A program made the position numbers and the translations under genes. The notes under the pieces are model-generated. The model did no database searches. It was not told the DNA's origin and saw only the letters and a list, made by a program, of their open reading frames with translations. This document shows, piece by piece, positions 11,568 through 20,427 of a stretch of 64,000 bases of DNA (the stretch's first letter is position 1; each line of letters opens with the position of its first letter). The stretch is from an uncultured Gemmatimonadaceae bacterium (GTDB lineage: Bacteria; Gemmatimonadota; Gemmatimonadetes; Gemmatimonadales; Gemmatimonadaceae), in NCBI GenBank assembly GCA_963817955.1, contig CAWFQK010000001.1, positions 384,001-448,000 of the forward strand, given 5' to 3'.

Positions 11568-12470
11568 ATGCTGAACATCGACTTGACGGGACGCCGGGCG
11601 CTGGTCGCCGGGGTAGCTGACGACGCAGGATTCGGCTTCGCGATCGCTAAGGCGCTCGCCGAGGCGGGCGCAAGCGTCTGCGTTGGCACATGGCCACCAG
11701 CGCTCCACATCTTCCACACCCTCCTGGATCGAGGGAAGATCGACGATGCGCGCCGTCTGTCATGCGGTCAATTGCTGCAATTCGAGAGAATTTACCCACT
11801 CGACGCGGTATTCGACCGGTACGACGAGATCCCGGAAGATCTCCGCGAGAGCAAGCGGTACAAGGACGTCGGCGACTGCTCGATCGGTGGTCTGGCCGAG
11901 CGGCTGGTAGCGGATTTCGGGGAGAAGCCGCTCGATATCGTGGTGCATTCGTTGGCCAACGGCCCGGAAGTGAAGAGGCCGCTCCTCGAGACGAGTCGCG
12001 GCGGTTATCTGGCGGCGCTGAGCGCCAGCGCCTACTCGCTTGTGTCCATGGTTCAACGCCTTGGGCCGCTGATGCGCGATAACGGCTCGTTCGTGTCGCT
12101 CACGTATATGGCGAGTGAACGGGTAGTCCCCGGCTACGGCGGTGGCATGTCGTCGGCCAAAGCCGCGCTCGAGAGCGACACGCGCATGCTGGCATTCGAG
12201 GCCGGGCGTAAGTTCGGCTGCCGCGTGAACACGATTTCGGCTGGCCCACTCGCCTCGCGTGCCGCAAGCGCCATCGGGATCATCGAGAAGATGGTCGACT
12301 ATGTCGCGCACAACGCCCCGCTCACCGACAAGCTGACGGCGGACGAAGTCGGCCTGGTGACCGCATTCCTATCTTCGCCCATGGCGAGTGGGATCACCGG
12401 CAGTACCGTGTACGTGGACAAAGGGTACCACGCGATGGGGATGGCCGTGCCGACGAACGATGGGTGCTGA
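11568..12470 (+). CDS. fabI: Enoyl-ACP reductase (NADH), plant/chlamydial type
   Basis: [50 protein letters not shown]. True start ATG 11568 lies inside long ORF 10380-12470. Confidence 0.93.
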   Translation: MLNIDLTGRRALVAGVADDAGFGFAIAKALAEAGASVCVGTWPPALHIFHTLLDRGKIDDARRLSCGQLLQFERIYPLDAVFDRYDEIPEDLRESKRYKDVGDCSIGGLAERLVADFGEKPLDIVVHSLANGPEVKRPLLETSRGGYLAALSASAYSLVSMVQRLGPLMRDNGSFVSLTYMASERVVPGYGGGMSSAKAALESDTRMLAFEAGRKFGCRVNTISAGPLASRAASAIGIIEKMVDYVAHNAPLTDKLTADEVGLVTAFLSSPMASGITGSTVYVDKGYHAMGMAVPTNDGC

Positions 12471-12525
12471 TGACCTTCGCGAAGGTTGGGTGTGGAGATG
12501 CCGCCGGTTGAGGCGGGCGGGACGA

Positions 12526-12758
12526 CGGGTGATGTGATCAGTTGTGAGTTGTGAGTCGTGAGTTGTGAGTATACAGGTCATGCGCACCAGGGCGCCTGGC
12601 TCGCAGGCCACTATCGCCGGTCGGCGAGGTTCGGGTGTCCAGTTGTGAGTCGTGAGTTGTGAGTTTTTAACAACGCGCAACGCATAACTCATCACTGGCA
12701 ACTCGAAACTCGCCGACCGGTGGGCCGACCGCTACGGAGCAGCCAGCGACATCCAGCC
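12526..12758 (+). repeat. Dispersed ~230-bp palindromic intergenic element, copy 1
   Basis: Near-identical to 36725-36960, 41749-41940 (inverted) and 63788-64000; contains GTTGTGA heptamers and a long internal inverted repeat. Confidence 0.92.
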
Positions 12759-12853
12759 AGAATAGGGCCCGGAGCCCAATCCCCGCTGAAGGGGCCGCCG
12801 AGACAGGCTTGCGAGTCAGGCGCCCGGGCATCGTCTCTGCACCGGGAGCAAGC

Positions 12854-13843
12854 GTGCCACGTCCTTCCTACCAGCTCGCGCACTGCATGGTGTGCGGCCA
12901 CGCGCAAGCGACGCTCGTCGCCGATGCAGATGACATGCGCGCCGAGGTGGAAGCGTTGTGGGCGTATCATCAGCGGCGCCTGAGGCCGGAGACGCCGCCG
13001 CAGCGGTTGATGGATCGCGTGGCCTTTTCCGAGCATCCGCCGTATCGACTCGTGCAATGCACCGGGTGCGGTCTGGTCTACCGTAATCCCGCCGAACGCG
13101 ACCATGAGCTCGTGGAGATCTACGCGCGCAAGGCGCCCACGCCGGACGCGATGCGCGCCCTTCATGGCACGCAGGCACCCGCGCTCCGCGTGTTGGCGCG
13201 GCAGCTACGGCGGGCGCTTGGGCGCGGCGGATCAGGATTGGAAGTCGGCAGCTACGTCGGTGCATTCCTCGCCGCGGCGCGCGACGAGGATCTCCACATG
13301 GAGGGACTCGACATCAATCCCGACGTGAACGCATTCACGCGATCGCTCGGCTTCGTGGTGCACGACGGCGAGTTGACGACGTTTGGGACGGGGCGGACGT
13401 TCGACGCGATTGCCATCTGGAACACCTTCGATCAGCTCGCCGACCCACGAGGGGCGGTGAATGCTGCGTGGAAGCTTCTGCGACGCGGCGGCATCCTGGC
13501 GCTGCGCGTGCCGAACGGAGCGTTCTACGCCGAACGGCGGCAGTCGCTCGGACGGGGCAGTGCCGCCCGGCGCGCGCTCACGAGAACGTTGTTCGCGCAG
13601 AACAACCTCTTGTCCTTCCCGTATCGATGTGGATTCACACCGAGCGCACTCGCGCGCTTGCTGCGTACGAGCGGATTCACCGTCAGTCGGCTGCGCGGTG
13701 ACGTGCTCGTGCCACTCGCAGACGAATGGACGCGGCGGTGGGCGCGGTTCGAAGAACGGCTGGTGAAGGCCGTGCTCGGCGCCGCAGTACGCTCAAACCT
13801 CCGCTGGGCGCCCTGGTTCGAGGTCTACGCCATCCGCGACTGA
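12854..13843 (+). CDS. Class I SAM-dependent methyltransferase with N-terminal Zn-ribbon
   Basis: CMVC...CTGC cysteine pairs, LEVGSYVG motif I, FDAI...LADP and LRRGGIL; GTG 12854 with GGGAG RBS. Confidence 0.85.
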   Translation: MPRPSYQLAHCMVCGHAQATLVADADDMRAEVEALWAYHQRRLRPETPPQRLMDRVAFSEHPPYRLVQCTGCGLVYRNPAERDHELVEIYARKAPTPDAMRALHGTQAPALRVLARQLRRALGRGGSGLEVGSYVGAFLAAARDEDLHMEGLDINPDVNAFTRSLGFVVHDGELTTFGTGRTFDAIAIWNTFDQLADPRGAVNAAWKLLRRGGILALRVPNGAFYAERRQSLGRGSAARRALTRTLFAQNNLLSFPYRCGFTPSALARLLRTSGFTVSRLRGDVLVPLADEWTRRWARFEERLVKAVLGAAVRSNLRWAPWFEVYAIRD

Positions 13844-14562
13844 GCGCCCCTTGCATCGAGACGTGTGGCGAGCCAATCCGCCGCGTCGTCGATCGCGCCC
13901 TGCGTGGGCCAATGGCCCCCATTGTACCAGCGCAATTCCTTCGGCTCAGACGCGGCATCGAATAATGCGCGGGCCTGCGCTGGACGAGTCGTTCGATCAT
14001 GCCGGCCGTTGACCATGAGCAGCGGCCGGCCGGACAGATTTCGCGCCGCACGCTTGGGATCAGCGACGGCCCGGACGAGCGACGCGAACGGCATCATATC
14101 GGGCAGGTCTCCGCCCGCGGCAAGCGCGACGACGCGGATCAGTTGATTGCTCGCCGCCACTATCACGGCGAGGTACGCACCAAGCGAATAGCCGGCAAGC
14201 CCAATGCGTCGCACATCGATGGCGCGGTGTTCGGCAAGGTAACCGACAGCCCCCTCCGCCTCGCGTATGGCGAGTCGCCATTCACGGACGAGCGTGAGCG
14301 GGTTGCCAAGCCATTTCCGCTCGAGACCCGCCTCCCGTGCGCCGTGGAGTGGCAGGTCAATGGCGAGGCTGGCTACGCCGCGCCTGAGTAGCGCGCGGCC
14401 GACGGAATCGGCCATTCGCTCCTTCTGCGAGCCGATTCCGTGGATGAGAAGTACAGCCGGAACCTTCCGCTCGGTGTGTGGAAGCTGAAGAATAGCAGGC
14501 ACTTGCTCGCCCGTACCGACCTCGAGCAACACCGAGCGGGTCTTCGTCTTTGACGCAGGCAT
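13825..14562 (-). CDS. Alpha/beta hydrolase
   Basis: LLIHG, GYSLG nucleophile elbow, NGRHD and GGH (Ser-Asp-His triad). Confidence 0.88.
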   Translation of the reverse strand: MPASKTKTRSVLLEVGTGEQVPAILQLPHTERKVPAVLLIHGIGSQKERMADSVGRALLRRGVASLAIDLPLHGAREAGLERKWLGNPLTLVREWRLAIREAEGAVGYLAEHRAIDVRRIGLAGYSLGAYLAVIVAASNQLIRVVALAAGGDLPDMMPFASLVRAVADPKRAARNLSGRPLLMVNGRHDRTTRPAQARALFDAASEPKELRWYNGGHWPTQGAIDDAADWLATRLDARGAQSRMA

Positions 14563-14705
14563 CGGGGTTAGCTACCGCAGACGGCGCGCCGAAAGGAGGG
14601 TCCAGTCTGCCAAGCGAGCCAACGGTTTCGTCCCTCGGGACGTTCGAGCTGTTAGGATAATACCTGCCCTGGTGTATCCCCCCCTCCTTCTCATCACGAA
14701 GGTTC

Positions 14706-17423
14706 ATGCGATCGAGTTCCGCATTTGTCGTGGGGTGTTCGGCCATCGCGGTCATCGCGATCGGCTGCAGCACTGCCAAGACTCCAGCGCCCGCCCCGGT
14801 TCAACCGGCCCCCGCTCCAAATCGTCAGGCACAGCAACCCGCGCCAACGCCCGGCGATACAACCGAAACGCCAGCGCCGGGCGCAGCCGGCGGACGCGGC
14901 GGACGTGGTGGCGCACCAGGTGCGCCCGCCACTGGTGCACCGAATCCGCAGCCGTATAGCCGCGTCGTGACCCGACAGGCGCAGACGAAGACAGGATTCA
15001 TCACGGTGCATCGCATCGGTGAGCGAGTGCTGTTCGAGATTCCGCGCCGCGAACTGAACAAGGACCTTCTGCTCGTGCAGGAGATTGCGCAGACCACGCT
15101 CGGCGCCGGTTATGGCGGACAGTCTGCCGGCAATCGCGTGTTGCGGTTCGAGCGCAGGGACAATCGCGTGTTGCTGCGCGGTATTTCCTACGAAGTGATG
15201 TCGAGCGACACCACGGCCCCGGTTGCCGGCGCTGTGCAAGCGGCAAACGTGCCGCCGGTGATCGCCGTGTTCAACGTGGAAGCCTACGGTCCGGACAGCG
15301 CGGTGGTGATCGACGTATCGCGCACGTTTACTCAGCCGCCGCAGGAACTCTCGCCGGCGCAGCGCGTTGGCGCGGGCTACACCGTTGATGCGACGCGCTC
15401 GTGGGTGGATCGCGTCTCGTCATTCCCGGACAACCTGAACGTCTACTCGACATTGACGCTGGCGAGCAGCGGCGCCGGCCGCGGTGCAACGCCTGGCGGC
15501 GGTCGTGGGGCGGCGGGCGTTACCGCGCCCTCGGCGACCATCGTCATGTCGTACAGCTTCCACAAGCTGCCCGAGACGCCGATGCAGCCGCGCCTGTGCG
15601 ACAATCGCGTCGGCTACTTCAACCTCACGGTTACCGACTACTCACAGCCGGCGCAGCGTGTCGCCGACGACCAGCGCTGCTTCATCACGCGCTATCGTCT
15701 CGAGAAGAAGGATCCGAGCGCCGCGCTCTCCGAGCCGGTGAAGCAGATCGTGTACTACCTCGATCCGGCCACGCCCGTAAAATGGCGCCCGTACCTCATC
15801 AAGGCGATCGAAGACTGGCAGCCGGCGTTCGAAGCCGCGGGATTCAAGAACGCGATCGTTGGCAAGGTGGCACCGACGAATGACCCCGACTGGTCGCCGG
15901 AAGACGCGCGCTACTCGGTAATCCGCTGGTTGCCGTCGACGACGGAGAACGCGAGCGGTCCGAACATTCACGACCCGCGCTCCGGCGAGATCCTCAACGC
16001 GCACGTTCAGTTCTATCACAACGTGCAGAACCTGGCGCGCACCTGGTACTTCACGCAGGTGGCGGCGCTCGATCCGCGCGCGCGCGAGTTCCCGCTCCCC
16101 GATTCGCTCATGGGGCGCCTCCTCGAGTACGTGCTGGCGCACGAAGTCGGTCATACGCTCGGCTTCCAGCACAACATGAAGGCGAGCTCGCAGTATCCGA
16201 TCGACAGCATTCGCAACCCGGACTTCCTGCGGCGCATGGGCCACGTGTCCACGCTCATGGATTACTCACGTTTCAATTACGTGGCGCAGCCGGAAGACCA
16301 CATTCCAGTTGACTTGCTCGTGCCCCGCGTTGGACCGTACGACCTCTGGGCAACGAGATGGGGCTACGCGCCGATCAACACACCGGCGGTGGCGCAACAG
16401 TCCGGCAAGCGCACCGGCGCAGAGCTGATTCTGAGCGCGGAAGCAGAGCGCCCCACGCTCGATTCTTGGGCGCGCGATCAGGATACCAAGCCATGGTTGC
16501 GCTTCTCGACGTCAGGCGCATTTGGCTCCGATCCGGGTGACGAAACGGAGGCGGTGGGCGACGCCGATCCGGTGCGCGCCACGGACCTCGGCTTCAGAAA
16601 CCTGAAGCGGAACATGCAGTGGATTCAGTCGGCGACGGTGAAGCCGGACCAGGACTTCGAGGTGCTGGCCGAACTGTATAGCCGCGAGATCGGTCAGTTC
16701 CGCACGGAGCTCGGTCACGTCGCCAACCTCGTTGGCGGCATGGACTCGCAGGAGAAGTACGGCAACCAGCCGGGCCCGCGTTTCACGCCGGTACCGAAGG
16801 CGAAACAGGCAGGGGCTATGAAGTTCATCGCCGACAATGGATTCAAGACGCCGACGTGGCTCATCGATACGGACATCCTGCGCAAGATCGAGCCGGACGG
16901 CGAAGTCACCCGCATCGTCAGCGCGCAGTCGGCGATTGTCACCAGTCTGCTCAACGACGCCAAGATGACGCGGCTCATCGAAAGCGAGGCGCTGGCGAAG
17001 AACCCGAGCGACGTGTACACGCTTGGTGAAATGCTCAGCGATCTCCGTCACGGCGTGTTCACGGAAGTCTATGGCAGCGGTCCGGTCAAGATCGACGTGT
17101 ATCGTCGCGGTCTGCAGCGGGCGTATCTCGCCGCGGTGGGCGCCAAGATCAATCCGCCAGCCGCTGGGGCCGCGGGTGGTGCACCAGGCGGTGGACGCGG
17201 GGGTGCGGCTGCGCCTGCTTCAAACACCGGTGAGATCAAAGCGATGCTGCGCGGAGACCTGAAACAGCTCGACACAGAGCTCGCCGCGGCCTCGAAGCGC
17301 GCAACTGACGTGGCCACGAAACGGCACATCGACGATGCGCGGCACCAGATCAGCGATATCGTCAAGCCAAAGGCCGCGGCAAGTGGTGGTAGCGCGGGCG
17401 AGGAAGGAATCGTTCGACGCTAG
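14706..17423 (+). CDS. Zinc-dependent metalloprotease lipoprotein (DUF5117/DUF5118/DUF4953 type)
   Basis: Lipobox AIGC, PRLCDNRVGYF, DPRSGEI, HEVGHTLGFQHN and MDY Met-turn. Confidence 0.92.
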   Translation: MRSSSAFVVGCSAIAVIAIGCSTAKTPAPAPVQPAPAPNRQAQQPAPTPGDTTETPAPGAAGGRGGRGGAPGAPATGAPNPQPYSRVVTRQAQTKTGFITVHRIGERVLFEIPRRELNKDLLLVQEIAQTTLGAGYGGQSAGNRVLRFERRDNRVLLRGISYEVMSSDTTAPVAGAVQAANVPPVIAVFNVEAYGPDSAVVIDVSRTFTQPPQELSPAQRVGAGYTVDATRSWVDRVSSFPDNLNVYSTLTLASSGAGRGATPGGGRGAAGVTAPSATIVMSYSFHKLPETPMQPRLCDNRVGYFNLTVTDYSQPAQRVADDQRCFITRYRLEKKDPSAALSEPVKQIVYYLDPATPVKWRPYLIKAIEDWQPAFEAAGFKNAIVGKVAPTNDPDWSPEDARYSVIRWLPSTTENASGPNIHDPRSGEILNAHVQFYHNVQNLARTWYFTQVAALDPRAREFPLPDSLMGRLLEYVLAHEVGHTLGFQHNMKASSQYPIDSIRNPDFLRRMGHVSTLMDYSRFNYVAQPEDHIPVDLLVPRVGPYDLWATRWGYAPINTPAVAQQSGKRTGAELILSAEAERPTLDSWARDQDTKPWLRFSTSGAFGSDPGDETEAVGDADPVRATDLGFRNLKRNMQWIQSATVKPDQDFEVLAELYSREIGQFRTELGHVANLVGGMDSQEKYGNQPGPRFTPVPKAKQAGAMKFIADNGFKTPTWLIDTDILRKIEPDGEVTRIVSAQSAIVTSLLNDAKMTRLIESEALAKNPSDVYTLGEMLSDLRHGVFTEVYGSGPVKIDVYRRGLQRAYLAAVGAKINPPAAGAAGGAPGGGRGGAAAPASNTGEIKAMLRGDLKQLDTELAAASKRATDVATKRHIDDARHQISDIVKPKAAASGGSAGEEGIVRR

Positions 17424-17457
17424 GCGCTCGACAGTAGACGCACGTTGTTCGCGGAGT

Positions 17458-17528
17458 CGGGGGGTCGTTCGTTCTGGTCGCAATGAATCATTGCGGCCAG
17501 AACGAACGACCCCCCGTTCGCTTTTCCT
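17458..17528 (+). terminator. Long hairpin (28-bp stem, 3-nt loop) followed by a T-rich tract
   Basis: cggggggtcgttcgttctggtcgcaatg-aat-cattgcggccagaacgaacgaccccccg, one G:U pair, then ttcgcttttcct. Confidence 0.75.
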
Positions 17529-17603
17529 TGACCACACCGCGCTTGATTCTCCGCCGACAACCACGGAGATTCGCACGATGCCGATAACCGACAAAGCGCC
17601 CAC

Positions 17604-18620
17604 ATGACGTGGAAGCGATGGGCGTTCACGGCGGCGTCGTTCGCCGCGGTGATCGGCGTTTCGGTGTATTTCATACTGAGCTGGTGGCGCGCCGGTAGCG
17701 CCATCGGGCTGCCGCTCCGGGCCCATCTCCTGGCGATCACTGCGGTGGTCGTCGAGATCCTCACGCGATCGTGGAAAGTCACGTGGAGCGCCAAGGCGGC
17801 GCAGATCGATCTCAAATTCACCACGGCGCTACGTACCACTCTCGCGGGTGACTTTGGCGCGTCGATCACACCGGCGCGATCCGGCGCCGAGCCGGCACGT
17901 TTTCTCGTGCTCGCGGAAGCAGGTATTCCGACGTCGAGCGCACTCGTCATTCTGTTCGCCGAGTTATTCGTGGAGGCGCTGTCGCTTGCGACGGTAGTGC
18001 TCATCGTCGCGTTCGTGTTCGCCCACGCGGGCGTCGTGCTCGGTGCGCTCGTCGGTGTGGTTGGTGCGTATGCCGGATTCGTCATCGGCCTCGCGACAGT
18101 CGCCGTCGTGTTGTCGCGGCGTCATGTCGACGACGCTGCGCCCAACTGGGCGCGGCGTCTGGGACTCGGCGGAACCCGTTGGCGGACGATCCAGCGGTGG
18201 TTCGCACAGGTGCGTACGACGGTAGACAGCGTGAAGCACATCGACATGCGCTGGGCCGTCGGGTCGTACACGATGTCAGTGATTCACGTGGCCATGCGTC
18301 TCTGTGTGCTGCCGGCACTGGTGCTCGGCGCGGGCGCACACGCGGCATTGGCCCCCTTGGCGCTCTGGCCACTCGGGCTGCTGTACGGAGCCGCGGTGGT
18401 TCCTGCACCGGGCGGCGGGGGTGCGGTGGAGCTCGCGTTTCGCGCAGCGCTGGCGCCGGTAATCGGACCGGGTCTGTTCGCCGCCGCGCTCCTGTGGTGG
18501 CGGTTCTACACCTTCTACATCTACATCATCCTCGGCGCGGTCGTCGCCGGAGGTACGGCAATCCGAGCCATGCGGAAGACAGCGGAGCTGGAGGACGAGC
18601 TAAAGATGGCAGAAGCTTGA
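17604..18620 (+). CDS. Lysylphosphatidylglycerol synthase TM / flippase-like (UPF0104) membrane protein
   Basis: ITPARSGAEP, PAPGGGGAVE and WRFYTFY motifs; multiple TM helices. Confidence 0.85.
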   Translation: MTWKRWAFTAASFAAVIGVSVYFILSWWRAGSAIGLPLRAHLLAITAVVVEILTRSWKVTWSAKAAQIDLKFTTALRTTLAGDFGASITPARSGAEPARFLVLAEAGIPTSSALVILFAELFVEALSLATVVLIVAFVFAHAGVVLGALVGVVGAYAGFVIGLATVAVVLSRRHVDDAAPNWARRLGLGGTRWRTIQRWFAQVRTTVDSVKHIDMRWAVGSYTMSVIHVAMRLCVLPALVLGAGAHAALAPLALWPLGLLYGAAVVPAPGGGGAVELAFRAALAPVIGPGLFAAALLWWRFYTFYIYIILGAVVAGGTAIRAMRKTAELEDELKMAEA

Positions 18621-18646
18621 CGAGACACGAGACACGAGACAACGGC

Positions 18647-20368
18647 CTAGCCGACGGGAGAGAGCACGTGCGTTTGCTGCGGGAAGTACGCGTTCCGGAC
18701 GTACTGCTCCACCATCCGCTGTGTATTGAAGAACGATCCGTTCAGCGAGATTGCCGAGCGCATGACTTCGGCGTAGGCGAATGGCAGGCCGTAATACAGC
18801 GGCAGGATGACGCGTTCGAGTTTTAGATAAATCTCATAAGAATCCTTCGACTGATCGCCGTCCGGCTCGGAGCCGCCAATCGACCAGCCGGTCACGCCTT
18901 CGACGTGGCCTTCGATCCACCACCCGTCGAGCACGCTCAGGCTGGGGACGCCGTTGAGCGCCGCTTTCATTCCGCTCGTGCCGCTCGCCTCGAGCGGCTT
19001 CATGGGATTGTTCAACCAGAGGTCGACGCCGGCGACCATCTTGCCGGCAATCTCCATCTCGTAGTTCTCGACGTACACCACGGTCACCTGGCCCGCCAAC
19101 TCGGCGGACGCCTCGTGGATGCGGCGAATGAGGTCTTTGCCGCCATTGTCGTTCGGGTGCGCCTTGCCACCGAATACGATTTGCAGCGGACCCACGCTCG
19201 ACGCGATCTCGGCGAGACGCTCGGGATTTGCGAACACGAGATCGGCGCGCTTGTACGGCGTCGCGCGACGGGCGAATCCGATCGTGAATACTTTGGGATC
19301 GAGATCCACGCCCGTTCGCTCCGCAACCGCGGCGCTCATCACCCGCTTTGCTTCGGCATGGGCGGTTCGAATCTCCTGCAGCGGAATGCTCACCGCGTAC
19401 CGGAGGTACAGATTGTCGGACCGCCATTCGGGAATACGCCGGTCAAACAGCGCTTGAAACGATGGCGACGTCCACGTGCCAGCATGCACGCCGTTCGTAA
19501 TCGCGTCGATCGGGAAATTCGGGAACATGCCCTGCGACACCTCGCGGTGCTTCATCGCCACGCCATTGACGAAGCGTGCCAGGCGCAGCGCGAGATGCGT
19601 CAGGTTCAACGTGCCAGCATCGAGACAGTTCGCCGCCCTGAGCACGGCGACGTGCTGTTCGCCGAGCGCGCGCCGCACCATCTCGAGCGGAAACTTGTCG
19701 TGGCCGGCCGGCACAGGCGTATGCGTCGTGAAGACGCAGCGGTCGCGCACTGCCTCGAGATCCGTCTCGTCGAGCTCGAACGCCTTCCGGCCGTCGAGCT
19801 GCCAATCGAGCAGACACAGCGTGAGCAGAGCGGAATGGCCCTCATTCAAATGATAGATCTCGGCAGGACAGTCCAGTTCGCGCAGCAGCGCGGCGCCGCC
19901 CATCCCGAGCACGATCTCCTGGCAGAGGCGGTAGTGACTATCGCCGCCGTACAGCGAGTCGGTCAGCGTTCGATCCCACTCGCTGTTCTCAGGCAGTTGC
20001 GTGTCCAGCAGATAGACGGGCACTTGATGGCCGTTTACACCGCGCACTCGGTATTTCCAGGCGCGCACGTGCACCGTGCGACCTTCGATGACGACTGTCG
20101 TGCGCGCGTCAACCGCTTCAAGCTCCTGCTCCGGCCGCCACACCACCGGCCTTTCCGTCTGATTGCCAACGCCGTCGAGATGCTGCTCGAAGTATCCCTT
20201 TCGGTGGAGCAGCGTTATGGCCACCACCGGAACAGCGAGGTCGGCCGCAGAGCGCAGCGTGTCCCCGGCAAGTACACCAAGACCGCCGCTGTACGTGGGG
20301 ATCGCCTTGTCGAGCGCAATCTCCATGGAGAAGTACGCAACGGTCTTATTCATTGTACGAGCGCTCAT
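18647..20368 (-). CDS. glgP: Alpha-glucan phosphorylase
   Basis: AYFSMEI, YSGGLGVLAGD, HLNEGH, FTTHTPVPAGHD, ARR.TPYKR and EASGTSGMKA; GAGGA RBS. Confidence 0.96.
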   Translation of the reverse strand: MSARTMNKTVAYFSMEIALDKAIPTYSGGLGVLAGDTLRSAADLAVPVVAITLLHRKGYFEQHLDGVGNQTERPVVWRPEQELEAVDARTTVVIEGRTVHVRAWKYRVRGVNGHQVPVYLLDTQLPENSEWDRTLTDSLYGGDSHYRLCQEIVLGMGGAALLRELDCPAEIYHLNEGHSALLTLCLLDWQLDGRKAFELDETDLEAVRDRCVFTTHTPVPAGHDKFPLEMVRRALGEQHVAVLRAANCLDAGTLNLTHLALRLARFVNGVAMKHREVSQGMFPNFPIDAITNGVHAGTWTSPSFQALFDRRIPEWRSDNLYLRYAVSIPLQEIRTAHAEAKRVMSAAVAERTGVDLDPKVFTIGFARRATPYKRADLVFANPERLAEIASSVGPLQIVFGGKAHPNDNGGKDLIRRIHEASAELAGQVTVVYVENYEMEIAGKMVAGVDLWLNNPMKPLEASGTSGMKAALNGVPSLSVLDGWWIEGHVEGVTGWSIGGSEPDGDQSKDSYEIYLKLERVILPLYYGLPFAYAEVMRSAISLNGSFFNTQRMVEQYVRNAYFPQQTHVLSPVG

Positions 20369-20427
20369 TCAGTCCTCGGTAACTGCCGATAACACCACCT
20401 CGTACCCCGCTACCGGCGAACGGCAAG

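Noticed and set aside
12369..12983. Small ORFs (MPVMSYALRVVK..., MGRPLRSSQRHP...) recurring at 36.6, 36.9 and 41.8 kb
   Set aside because: Translations of the non-coding dispersed repeat; they diverge immediately outside it.
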